A DNA stretch of 63,416 nt, filler included, from Ministeria vibrans ATCC 50519 (taxonomy: Eukaryota; Protista; Filasterea), in NCBI GenBank assembly GCA_943704425.1. It is 10 parts of 10 records of this genome, joined end to end, with 100 filler letters (N's around TTAATTAATTAA, not from the genome) between each part and the next. Parts side by side here need not be neighbours in the genome. Positions count along the whole stretch, not along the records: positions 10,628 to 30,687 come from CALSCP010001943.1; positions 30,788 to 35,468 come from CALSCP010002178.1; positions 35,569 to 54,133 come from CALSCP010000607.1; 7 more parts are not named here. One strand, 5' to 3'. Positions within the stretch are counted from its first letter, which is position 1; every line of letters begins with the position of its first letter. The notes under the pieces are model-generated. The model had not been told where the DNA came from. It did no database searches and saw nothing but the letters and a program-made list of their open reading frames with translations. Made by a program: the position numbers and the translations under genes. Of the stretch, positions 24,201 through 36,234 are shown piece by piece.

Positions 24201-25352
24201 CATACCGAGACTTTCTGTGTCTCTGTTTCTGCCTATCCATGGTGCTTCTCACTTTCTTCCCTATATCAATCTGCCTCTGATTTTTTCTTTCTGTGCGAAT
24301 GGTAGGTCAGTGATTAGCTGCGATGTGTCTCCTGATGGACTCACTGTTGTCAGTGGCTCATCGGACTGTACGCTCAAGGTTTGGAATGCTCTCTCAGGAG
24401 AATGTAATTTTACCTTCTCTGAACACGCTCAGTATGTTAATATTTAATATTGTTTTACGTCTTGGGATGAATTCCTTTAAGCTTATATTATTGCTCTCTC
24501 ATCTGAACTTTTGTTTAGCTGGGTTGGTGCTGTGAAGTACTCTTGCTTTTCTAGCTTCCTGAGCGGGTCGTACGATGGAACACTGAAGTTGAGAACGGCG
24601 AATGCACGAACGTGGCGGGTGTTGTTTCAAGGACATGAGAGGTACAACAAAAGACTCACCTATTATTGGTTCTTATTATTGTGTTTTTGTTCTCGTTTCG
24701 AGTTGATTTAAAAACAAACATGCTCTGTCACTCATTTTCTGTGAAACTTGAAGAAGCGCTCAAAATACTGTCATTATCGTTGTTTTTTCCCACATTCTCT
24801 GTTTAGTGTTGTGTCCTCGGTTGACTTTTCTCCCAATGGTCACACAATTCTCAGTGGCTCGCACGATTGTACAATCAAACATTGGTCCATTTATGGCGGT
24901 GTATGTCGCTTCACTTTTAAAGGTCACTGCGAGTAAGTCGTACACTGAACGGAGTATAGAAAATGTGAAGTCAGCTGATGTTAATAATTATATTAATTTT
25001 ATTTTTGTATTATTTGTAGTGCCGTTCTCTGTGTGAAATTCTCACCGACTGGAAAGTCGTGTATCAGTGGTTCTGCCGATCAGACTGTCAAAATGTGGTG
25101 TTTGCGAAGTGGAGAGTGTGACCGCACTTTTTTGGGGCACAAGAAGTGAGATTGCCGCGAACAGAAAATCAATTGTGTGTGAGATGGATCTAACATTATG
25201 CATTATTCAACACACATAGGCCAATCACATCTGTTCAGTTTTCACTCGATGGTCTGACCATCTTTAGCGCCTCTAGCGATATGACTATTCGAGTGTGGTC
25301 TTGTGCCAAAGGTGCTCACATTGCCATGCACACCATCACAACCTCAGCGTAA
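21272..25352 (+). CDS. FHOD-type GBD/FH3 domain + linker + WD40 beta-propeller protein
   Basis: The N-terminus VWYVDDRDF..HALDAP..FLDADQSFDDQ..LSLRTKLSVRV..F..SGGLVCLLRI..ALRVL..YVDGM resembles FHOD1/3. The C-terminus has about 7 WD repeats (GHLRGVTSL..SASWDRSVKVWN, SGSSDCTLKVWN, SGSHDCTIKHW, SGSADQTVKMW). Confidence 0.8.
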
Positions 25353-25398
25353 AAAGCATAATAATCATAAATAAATTTCCCCCTCTCTCTTTCTGTAT

Positions 25399-25522
<124 letters not shown>

Positions 25523-25587
25523 TTTGTTTTGTGTCCCTCCATTCTCTCGCTCTCTCTTTCGTTCTCTTCCTCACTGTGCTTGCGTAC

Positions 25588-26398
25588 CTTGAGAATATCC
25601 ATTTGTGGATAGGGTTCGGGTAGTCCTTTTTTCAGTGCGCGTGGATTGATTTCAAAAAGGGCGTCGCAGTCAATGGCACACTGCACATTGCGACGCACAC
25701 GCTCCAGTGTTGAGTGTGGCAGCGCAAAAGATTGGCGAAACATCCGAATCAGATCAAAATGACCCACAATGGTCGGTCGTAATCGCTCAATGACAGCATA
25801 TCTGCAACAACAAACCAACACAGACGCATGAGAATGAAGCTGTGGTGGTGCGTAAGACACACACGACAACAGTCGTACTGGTGATCGAGATAGTCGTTGA
25901 AACAGGCTTCGGTGCTTCCACTCAGCGCCTCGGCCTTGTCGTACAGGTCGGCTGAGAAGTCGCACGGGACACTGCGAACATGATGGACGGCACCCACAAC
26001 AAAGTCGAGACGGAAGCGCTCCTTCAAGACCTTCACTCGCTCAATGTCCGCCTCTCGAATGTACTCCGTCTCCATGCCCACCGTGATATAGATGACACCG
26101 GCATACTTGGCCTGTAGACGACGTGCCTCGCCCACGTATGCGGCAAACTGCGCGTCCAGCTCGACCGGAGTCATATTCAACTGCAACGCGTTGGATGAGA
26201 CGAGAGGGCTTTTCCCCTCTCCTCTGCCCTTACCTCCACCTCTTCGGGATACAGATCTTCCTGGAGCTCGCGAGGTGCATGTTCGGAGAGTCCGAGGTGC
26301 GAGAAGTCAAGTGCGATGGCGCGCTGCACGATCGACTCGAGAGTGCCCGTCGCATGTTTGCAAAACTCACCCGAGTGGCAATGGAAGGTGAAAGGCAT
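25588..26398 (-). CDS. PHP-family histidinol-phosphatase (HIS2/HisK type); last exon not seen
   Basis: FHCHSGEFCKHA..LGLSEHAPR..DLYPEE, VGMETEYI, DFVVGAVHHV, VGHFDLIR and FEIN..ALKKGLPEPYP. Confidence 0.88.
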
Positions 26399-26693
26399 CA
26401 CGATCAATCACAACAGTAGTTTGAGCCGCGAAGACCTCTGACCAGTTTGAAAACCAAGTGAAGAACTCTCAACTGATCAAGTCATCAAGAACAAGTGTGT
26501 TATATAGACTTATAGTACAATGATGAATGAAGAGAAATATAAATATACAATGCTTCCGTCATAGACTAGTCCCAAGAAGATGGAGCAGCAAAAGCACCCG
26601 TAAGCCCACAAATGTCAAATACACTCTTGCAGCAAGCGCACGAAGAATTGGAATACTTAAATACGAGAACATTGGTCGAAAAAAACGACGTCT

Positions 26694-29600
26694 TCATTTG
26701 ACCCAAAACTCTTGACCAGAGAGCGCAGGAAGATACTCACGAGCCACAACAGCCACCATATCCGCAACAGTGGAAGGATCAAGCAAATCAGCATCCTCGC
26801 CCTATCCCCAAGTGCAAGCCCCAGAGGTTGCTCAGTGTCAAAAAGTACAAACGCTCGACACACATATCACACACAGACACACACAACATACAGACACAAC
26901 ACAGCACACAAGGAGTTTGGGGGTTTTTTCTCTTTCTTTTCTTTACCTCATCCGGATACAATGTTTGCCTAAGCTGGGTTCGTGTGCGTCGGGGCACAAC
27001 AGAATACGCAAAGATGTTCCAAGGTTTCCCTTCCAGTGCCAGTGTCTCCGTCAGCGAGGCAAGACCCGCCTTACTCGCCGCATACGCTCCCTCTCCTACG
27101 CGCACCCAATCCATACAAAACAAGAATTTAGTGTGTAAACTGAAAAAAAAAGAGAGAGGGAAAAACAAAGTGATAGGTTGAAAGACACACAAAATAATAT
27201 TAACATAATAACAATTGCAAGAAGGGTGAGACATTATACCTTCGCGCCCTCCTCGTACCGCACTCGACGTGACATTGATTATGACTCCCCCTCTCTTTTT
27301 CATACATTCCATTGCCTGTGAAAATTCCATCAGCACAAATGAAACATGTACAGGCGTTAAATGAAGACGAAAACGATTCATATTATATAAAATATAATAA
27401 TTATAATAATAATAATAATTAATTATATACATAATTATTATAATATTATATACATATAATTATATATATATCACCTCGCGAGCAGCGTAAAAGGACCCTG
27501 ACAGATTCACAGCAACGTGTTCAGCCCATACATCATCACTCTACATACACAAGCACAGTCAGTCAGTCCTTTCTTGTTTATGTACAGTCACTCATATTAA
27601 AGCAGGACATAAGAGAGGGAAAGAGGAAATGTTACACCAATAATAATTAATCATTATTTTAAGTAAGACGTAACTGTGTCTGTGATGAGAGTGCGCTGGG
27701 CCATTGCTGCGTTGTTCACCAGCACATCCACTTGCCCATACACCTCAATCACTCGCTGAAACACCATTTGCACATTCTCGCTCTACAAAAATAAAAAGAC
27801 GTCTTAGTAATAATTATAAATAATAAAACAAAAAATAGTAATAATAATAATTATTATTTTTACTCTAGTGTTCTTATGTGTTATCTTAAAATTAATCAAA
27901 ATAATATTACATGAATATTTTGTGATCCGACATTTATAATTAATATTACCCGACTGACATCCGCAACCACTGCCAATCCCCCGACACTCTGTGCGACGGA
28001 CTCTGTCTCCTCCTTATTCCGTCCCACCACTGCAACCTATAATGTTATTTCATACACAAACGGGAACACTAATCAGTGCAGTCAATTGTGTCGAAGGGAG
28101 ATATGCATATACTCAATCAAACCTCAAATGAAAACACACGCACACGGCACACGATAATTAATTTGTAATTTATTATTGTTATTATCATCATTAATATTAG
28201 TAAAACATATTCACAACAACAGCAATATCAGCATAAATCTAAACATAATGAGAATAGAACAATGCTGCTTCTGATCAGATCCGATCCATAAGTGGTATCG
28301 CGGCCGCTCACTTGGTACTCTCCTTAATTAATGCGGTTCAACTCACCTTCATCCCGAGCGCACTGAGTTTCCCCGCCACTGCCGCACCAATCCCCCGACT
28401 CCCGCCCGTCACTATCGCAACCCGACGCAACCGCTCTACGTGACGCAATCAATCATTTACATCAATAATGGTCGGTTTAAGATGTATACGTCGTACCTCT
28501 GATCATTTGTTCTGCTGCGTAAACATCAGGTTTGTACGTCACCTACACACACAATCAAACACAACGTAGATAAGTATATTATATTCAATACGTCATATTA
28601 ACGCAACGTACGCGTTAACACTGATCCAAAATAACGCGGTTGAATTTGTCGTATCTTTGTATCGGTGTACCTTCCAGAGATCAAGGGGTCCGTCCAGAAG
28701 TCGCGCACGCACTCCCGAGTGAGTGTGCGCCAAGTGAAGACACTCAGTGCCAAACTCAAAATCGTGTTCTGTACACTAGAATCAAACCATGGACATTATG
28801 ATACATTTGTTTCTTCTTCGCCTTCAGCTAAATTGCCATTGTGATTGATCGTATCGTACTTTGTCGTATGCCAATTTGATGACACTGTACCAAAACGCCT
28901 GCGGAGTTTGGCTGGCACGGTAGAGCGACCGGTCGAGTGACTGGTCGAGAAACCCGTTGGAATCCACTGAAATGACAGTGGACACGAGCGGACGAATCAT
29001 GCCTGCTGCCTATGTACGCAGTCGATGATCAATTGCAACCATCCTCCTTTTAATTTAATTTGACGATATCGATGCATAGTATAGTGTAACCGACACCTTG
29101 TGCTCGTGTGCTGACTGTGTGACACGTCGAAGAGTCGGCTCGTCGACAAAGGGACGCACCACATCATGGATGATCACCTACAGGTAAGAGAACACAATAA
29201 TTAGTACGTTCCTATTTTTTTTTCACTATATATCATACCACATCGTCTTCGTGCGCTTCGTGACGCAGAAAATTGACACCGCTTTGAAGTGATCTGTGGC
29301 GTGTCGAGCCTCCCACGGCACAGACGACTCGCTCAGAGAACTCCCAAGATTTCAGCGCCTGTCCATCGTCTCAGTTAACATTTGCCTTCACACGCCAGAA
29401 CGTCACACACACATACACACACCTCTTCCATTGCATTCAATTCTTCAGCGGCAACCACAAGAACAGTCTTGTCGATCCACGGAATCCTACAAAATTCATA
29501 TTGTGTGACACTGAGTGATTTTGCTTTGTGATTCTCATTCTCTCGTGAGTTGCACATCACGTACCTTGCAAACACCTCAATAGTATAGTACATCAAAGGA

Positions 29601-29771
29601 CGGTCGTAGATAACCCAGTGCTGCTTCGGCAGCGGCATTCCAGCGCGTGTTCCTGCGTAAACAACAAAAACCCATTTCCGTTTGAGCATATAACTTTGGA
29701 ACTTCCATCAAACCTGTTCCGCCCGCCGGCAGCACAGCATACACCTTCCCTTTAATAGGTCGATCCGACAT
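26694..29771 (-). CDS. ISPD/CRPPA-type cytidylyltransferase fused to a complete classical SDR (putative bifunctional CDP-ribitol synthase), about 14 exons
   Basis: ISPD part: VLPAGGTG|TRAGMPLPKQHW..RPLMYYT, GGSTRHRSL, IIHDVVRPFVDE, AAGMIRPLVSTV, RASQTPQAF, DFEFGTECLHLA, DLWK|VTYKPDVYAAE. SDR part: VAIVTGGSRGIG, VVGRN, ADVS, VDVLVNNAA, VNLSG, IINVTSS, YAASK, PRRTRTQLR, LLDPSTVA..SGQEFWVK*. Confidence 0.9.
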
Positions 29772-29898
29772 CGAAAAAGAAAATAAGAATGCGATTACGA
29801 GTGGGTTACGACGAACCCCGAAAGGTAATCAACAAAATAATTTTCAAGATCAAAATTAATTTTCTTGATCTTTATCCCTTGCTCTTTTCTTTGGTTCA

Positions 29899-30568
29899 AT
29901 GGATCCACCAACATTACCGCCGTCAAGCGAAGCCGGCGCAGAGACCACGAAAACCGGTGTGGATGGCACGATTTACGATTACAACCCGGTTCGCTGTCGC
30001 TTGTGCTCAGCGCGTCCCTCTCACCCACGGCTGACTGTAGGTGGCGCGAGCATGGCTTCCGCGTGTGGACGAGTCCGTCATTTTGGCGTATCAAGCAAAC
30101 TACGGAGGTGTGTTGAGTTGTGCTCTGAGTGTGTCGTTCGTCGTCTCATCTGCTTCTCTGTCAGGCCCTCCCGTTGAAGACAGCGAACCCCCGATGCAGC
30201 CCTCTCGAGCTCCACCCTTGCCACAGTCCGATGCATCCGCCAGTGGATCGTCCGCAAAAGCATCCAGAAAGAGAAAACGAAAGGTTTGTTTTTTGAGACA
30301 TTACCGTTCTGTTTCTCAGCGTTTCGTTTTGTTGACGTTTGTAGGAAGAATCAACAGTTGGCGAAGATGGAATGGTGCACATTGGAGGTAGACACACCTA
30401 CCACACATATATACACACACATGCATACAATACTGACTAAACGGTGTCCTTTTCAGACTCGGTGAATCCTCATGTGTATGTGACGGGTCTTCCGGCCGAC
30501 GTCACCGTTGAAGAGCTCGCTGCCTTCATGGGTCGTTGTGGGATTCTCCGGAAAGTGGATGACTCAGA
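29899..30568 (+). CDS. HTATSF1: HIV Tat-SF1/Cus2-like splicing factor, 5' part
   Basis: DGTIYDYNP|VARAWLPRVDESVILAYQANYG and RRM start NPHVYVTGLPADVTVEELAAFMGRCGIL. Confidence 0.85.
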
Positions 30569-30579
30569 GTAAGAACATA

Positions 30580-30687
<108 letters not shown>

Positions 30688-30787
30688 NNNNNNNNNNNNN
30701 NNNNNNNNNNNNNNNNNNNNNNNNNNNNNNNTTAATTAATTAANNNNNNNNNNNNNNNNNNNNNNNNNNNNNNNNNNNNNNNNNNNN

Positions 30788-33700
30788 CCCCCCAGCGCTA
30801 TCTCCCCTCTCTCTCTCTTTATTTGCTTACCCATCACCTGTCTCTCAGGTACCTCCGTACTCCCTGTCTGTCACTCAGTCACTCACTCACTCACTCCATG
30901 TCTACCCCTCTCTGTTTGTCCCTCTCACTCACTCCTTGGCTGTCACTCGCTCCCTCTCTGCTGACATCTCTTACTCACTCCCAGTCTCTCTCACTCGCTC
31001 ATTCTCTGTAACAATACACTAGATATAATAAATCATTTATTCCTTAGATATAATAAAACATGAAAATAAAAGAATAAGATAGAATCCAGCGTGTTCCGTT
31101 GTCCCGGGTGTCCAGCGTGTCCAGGGTGTTTCATTCGTTGGAAGATATTCACTTTTTTCTTCTCCCCTCTCTCTCTTTATTTGCTTACCTGTCACCTGTC
31201 TCTCACGTACCTCCATACTCCGTGTCTGTCACTCAGTCACTCACTCACTCCATGTCTACCCTCTCTGTTTGTCCCGGGTGTCCAGCGTGTCCAGGGTGTT
31301 TCATTCGTTGGAAGATGTTTGTTTCTACTCCTTCAAAAAATTGGTGACGACTGGATTTGTAAATTTTGGATTTGCAAAGGAGACATTTTGGGCGTCTCTC
31401 ATGAGCGGTTGTGGGCTCGTCGCTGCCGGCATGCTCATGGCCTACTTCATGTCGGTGAGTGTATATATAAGCATGTTGGCGTTGTTAAAATCATACGGGA
31501 CTTCAATCTCGTTACAGCCGAGGCAAAAGGATCGTGTTTTCAGCGGAAATGAACCCAGATTCGCTCAGATTCGCTCAAAATTGAATGTCGGTTAGCACCT
31601 TTCAAAGGTGTATCTGGGTGTCTATTTTTAGCTCCCAGCGCAATCCCTCTGCCCAAATTCGAGCAGAGAAGGTCCTCCCCAGCCCTATCTCCCTATAATA
31701 ACACATTTATTCCTTAGATATAATAAAACAGGAAAATAAAAAAGAATAAGATAGAATCCAGCGTGTCCTGTTGTCCCGGGTGTCCAGCGTGTCCAGGCTA
31801 ACCGAGACATGAACTTTACGATCGTATTCAGACGTTTATCACATACTCAAGCAGCTTATGAGGCCCGCTCAGGATATATCGCGCCCTCTCCTCTCTAACT
31901 CTCTACTCCCAATTCTCTCTCACTCTTACAAGAGGGTCTACAATCTGGGCTCGGAGGTGTGCTTGCCTGGGTGCACCTTTTTGAGCGCATGCAAGTCTCG
32001 ATCTGATTACCGTTCGGCCCATGCGGGGGAGCAGCCGCTTCGGAGGGCTAGATTGTCTTGTACAATGAAGCTTTCATCCTAGGTTTTCCAAAAAAAAACA
32101 AAAAAAAAAACAAACATATTTCTCTCATTCCACCGCAACGCCAGTCTACTCATGACAGCCAACACCACACCACCCCTCCCAAGGTGAATACAACACGCAA
32201 GCCACAAACAAAACCATCGCTGTAAGCTCACACCCTAACCCCTCTCACCTGGTTCTGAGGTTGTCTCTTAGAAGGTAACTCGCTTACGCACCCGTCACTT
32301 CTCAGCAACAGGAGCAGCGATCCACGACACTGATTGACAAGAAGGTGTAGATTCGCCCAGTTTCGCTCAGATTCGCTCAGATTCGCACTCCCAAACGATC
32401 TCCACCAAGACTGCTCCATCTGTCAATCTCTGTCAAAAGGCATCACTCTCTGGACCCGTACAGCTCGCATTCTCTGTCAAATCCTCCCTTAACCTCTTGC
32501 CTGCACGCATGACATCGCTTGGAGTAGTCAGGCCTGGTATGTTGAAGAGAATCAAGAGATTTTCTTTTGGTCTAGGGTGTTTCATTCGTTGTTTTCTTCT
32601 TCTGCCCTCTCTCTATTTATTTGTTTACCTGTCTCTCACGTAACCCTTGTCTGTCACTCAGTCACTCTCACGCACTCCATATCTTTTTTTGTTTTTTTTT
32701 TGAAAACCTAGGATGAAAGCTTCATTGTACAAGACAATTTCCATATCTACCTCTCTTACTCACTCCCAGTCTCTCTCACTCGCTCCTTCTCTACAACAAT
32801 ATACTAGATAATTATAATAAAACAGGAAAATATAAAGAAAAAGACAGAACGAGAAATTTTTCAGAGTGTCCTCGATCCCGGGTGTCCAGCGTGTCCAGGG
32901 TGTTTCATTCGTTGAAAATCACATACATGTAATTGTATCTGTTTCTTTTTCTGTCTGATTTGTCTCGCATTGCCTCCTCTCTCACTAGATTGAATTTAAC
33001 ATTTTAATCCCTCTCCCAGCCCTATCTGCGCAAACCCTCTGCCCAAATTCGAGCAGAGAAGGTCCTCCCCAACCCTGTCTCCCCTCCCCAGCCCTATCTC
33101 CCTTCCCAGCGCAATTGCTCTCTCCAGCCCTATCTCCCTTCCCAGCGCAATCGCTCTCCCCAGCCCTATCTCCCTCCCCAGCCTTATCTCCCCTTCCCAG
33201 CGCGATATCTCTGCCCAAATTCGAGCAGAGAAGGTCCTCCACAGCACTATCTCTCCCCTATCTCCCCTCCGCAGCCCTATCTCCCCCTCCCAGCGCAAAC
33301 CCTCTGCCCAAATTCGAGCAGAGAAGTTCCTCCCCAGCCCTATCTCCCCTCCCCAGCCCTATCTTCCTTTCTCAGCGCAATCGCTCTCCCCAGCCCTATC
33401 TCCCTCCCCAGCTCTATCCCCCCCTTCCCAGTGCAATTCCTCTGCCCAAATTCGAGCAGAGAAGGTCCTCCCCAGCCCTATCTCCCCTCCCCAGCCCTAT
33501 CTCCCCTTCCCAGCGCAATCTCTCTGCCCAAATTCAAGCAGAGAAGGTCCTCCCCAGCCCTATCTCTCTCACTCGCTCATTCTCTGTAACAATACACTAG
33601 ATAGATAAATAAAACAGGCAAAAAAAAAAGAATAAGATAGAATTCAGCGTGTTCTGTTGTCCCGGGTGTCCAGCGTGTCCAGGGTGTTTCGTTCGTTGCA

Positions 33701-33850
33701 AGATGTTTGTTTTTGTTTCTACTCCTTCTCCCCTCTCTGTGTTTGCCCCTCTCACGTACTCCCTGCTTGTCACATACATGTAATTTTATATGTTTCTTTT
33801 TCTGTCTGATTGTCTCCCTGATTGCGTCCTCTGATTGAATTTAACATTTT
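30788..33850. repeat. Modular dispersed repeat built around CCCGGGTGTCCAGCGTGTCCAGGGTGTTTCATTCGTTG
   Basis: Core motif at ~31102, 31272, 31774, 32877 and 33660, with shared flanking modules; inverted copy at ~6255-6300. Confidence 0.85.
31798..32115 (+). mobile_element. Probable 3' end of a poly(A)-tailed retroelement; short second copy inverted at 32684-32739
   Basis: Ends ...ttgtcttgtacaatgaagctttcatcctaggttttcc plus an A-rich tail. The same terminus with tail occurs on the minus strand at 32684-32739. Confidence 0.5.
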
Positions 33851-34085
33851 TAATCCCTCTCCCAGCCCTATCTCCCCTCCGCAGCCCTATCTCCCCCTCC
33901 CAGCGCAATCCCTCTGCCCAAATTCGAGCAGAGAAGGTCCTCCCCAGCCCTATCTCCCCTTCCCAGCGCAATCCCTCTGCCCAAATTCGAGCAGAGAAGG
34001 TCCTCCCCAGCCCTATCTCCCCTTCCCAGCGCAATCCCTCTGCCCAAATTCGAGCAGAGAAGGTCCTCCCCAGCCCTATCTCCTC
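33008..34085. repeat. Pyrimidine-rich satellite, about 63-bp unit (ctctgcccaaattcgagcagagaaggtcctccccagccctatctccccttcccagcgcaatcc) with nested cagccctatctcccc subrepeats
   Basis: Two arrays (33008-33570 and 33850-34085) and a single copy at ~31635-31693. Confidence 0.92.
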
Positions 34086-34307
34086 TTCCCACTCCTCTCC
34101 ACCCCTCGGCCAGTCGCCCCATTCCCACTAAGGCCTTAAAACAGTTTATATATATCAATATACTTAGATAAAAAAAAGAGAGAGAACAAGAAGGAATTTA
34201 GATGAAGCGAGATTTACAGGGCCGTTTCAAGACGAAATTATTATGATCAATACAACAAAAAAACAACAGGAAAGTAGAAGAAGAAGAATATCTAGGCTCC
34301 ATCACGC

Positions 34308-34975
34308 CATCAGTAAGACTGGTTTTTGTTCGCCAGACAAAGTGCTCGATTTTCCCTAGACACGCTGGACACCCCAGACAGTCGAGTAAGCCAACCATCA
34401 GTAAGACTTCAGTAAGACTTGATTTCTGCTCGCCAGACAAAGTGTTCGATTTTCCCTAGACACACTGGACAGCCCAGACAGTCGAGTGAGCCAATCATCA
34501 GTAAGCCTGATTTCTGCTCGCCAGACAAAGTGCTCGATTTTCCCTAGACACCCTGGACAGCCCAGACAGTCAAGTGAGCCAATCATCAGTAAGCCTGATT
34601 ATGCTTGCCAGACAAAGAGCTCGATTTTCCCTAGACACCCTGGACAGCCCAGACAGTCTACGGAGTAGGGAGCCAACCATCAGCAAGACTGATTTCTGTT
34701 CGCCAGACGAAGTGCTCGATTTTCCCGAGACACCCTGGACAGCCCGGACATTCAATTGAGCCAACCATCAATAAGACTGATTTCTGCTAGCCAGACGAAG
34801 TGCTCGATTTTCCCGAGACACCCTGGACAGCCCGGACATTCAATTGAGTCAACCATCAATAAGACTGATTTCTGCTAGCCAGACGAAGTGCTCGATTTTC
34901 CCTAGGACACGCTGGACAGCCCGGACAGTCTAGTGAGCCAACCATCAGAAAGACTGATTTCTGTTCGCCATCAGC
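34308..34975. repeat. Tandem repeat of about 88-90 bp, about 7 copies
   Basis: Unit ccatcagtaagactgatttctgctcgccagacaaagtgctcgattttccctagacaccctggacagcccagacagtcgagtgagccaa. Confidence 0.92.
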
Positions 34976-35568
34976 TTGGATTTCTGCGTGTTTGTCAGAC
35001 GAAAGTCTTCTTGCGCCACCCCTCTCACCTGGTTCTGAAGTTTTCTCTTAGAAGGTAACTCGCTTACTCACCCGTCACTTCTCAGCAACAGGAGCAGCGA
35101 TCCATGACTTATTTGAAGGATAGGAAGATTACGGAGTACAACCACAGCCACCACAATGACAACGTAAGCCTTGGGCTCAATGCCGCCCATCGCCGCACTC
35201 TGGAGCAGGGCGAAGGTAGTAGAGAGTGCAGGCAAGAAAAAGAATAATACAGGAGAAAAGAGTGTTTATGTAAAGGCTGGCGTGCGGATTTGCCAATCAA
35301 TCTTGCGCCACACACGAAACATAGCATCGAGGACCGAGCTCTTGTCGCACAGGCCAACAATTGTCTTGGTCGCATGCTCGACGCCAATGGAGTGGATGGA
35401 TTGCCAGGGTGTGCGCAGATCGCAGTAGCGCTTGTGTCTGTGCCGAGTGCGGTGGACTATCTCGAGTGNNNNNNNNNNNNNNNNNNNNNNNNNNNNNNNN
35501 NNNNNNNNNNNNTTAATTAATTAANNNNNNNNNNNNNNNNNNNNNNNNNNNNNNNNNNNNNNNNNNNN

Positions 35569-35648
<80 letters not shown>

Positions 35649-36074
35649 GGGAGAAAGAAACAAAGTGATAGAGAGAGAAGGGAGAAAGAAACAAAGTGAT
35701 AGAGAGAGAAGGGAGAAAAAAACAAAGTGATAGAGAGAGAAGGGAGAAAGAAACAAAGTGATAGAGAGAGAAGGGAGAAAAAAACAAAGTGATAGAGAGA
35801 GAGAGAAGGGAGAAAGAAACAAAGTGATAGAGAGAGAGGAGGGAGAAAGAAACAAAGTGATAGAGAGAGAGAGAAACAAAGTGATAGAGAGAGAGAGAAA
35901 CAAAGTGATAGAGAGAGAGAGGAGAGAATGGAGATGGACTGAGAGAGAGACCATAATGATAGAGAGAAACCTTAGTGATCGAGAGAGCATATGGATAGAG
36001 AGATAGTGATGGAAAGAGAACTAAATATCTGTTTTTTACTTCTCACTCTTATATTTTGTGTTGTTCTGCTTCAG

Positions 36075-36168
36075 TTGTCCAATCACTTTTCACTACTGGG
36101 CGTGCGCACATCCATGTTTGCTTCACAGTGGTTTCTTACGCTCTTCGCGTCGACTCTTCCCCTTCCCG
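36075..36168 (+). CDS. Isolated TBC/RabGAP (EVI5/RABGAP1-like) internal exon
   Basis: LSNHFSLLGVRTSMFASQWFLTLFASTLPLP between an AG acceptor and a GT donor. Confidence 0.75.
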
Positions 36169-36234
36169 GTACCTTTTTTTTTTTTTTTTTTTTTAACTTT
36201 AATTTTAATTTTCGTTAATGTTCTCTTTGTATAG

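Noticed and set aside
32985-34158. Repetitive ORFs (SPALSP.., GEIGLGR..)
   Set aside because: Translations of a satellite that is open in several frames on both strands; no coding evidence.
34308-34975. Possible CRISPR-like array (also 33008-34085, 60295-60677 and 1721-2190)
   Set aside because: The units repeat along their whole length with no unique spacers, there are no cas genes, and the context is eukaryotic.
35270-35468. Minus-strand open frame ending ..VWRKIDWQIRTPAFT*
   Set aside because: Cut by the contig edge with no diagnostic motif; it could be a gene or retroelement end but cannot be assigned.
35513-36006. ORFs made of SLSL/ERER/THTH/CVCV runs throughout the track
   Set aside because: Translations of intronic microsatellites.
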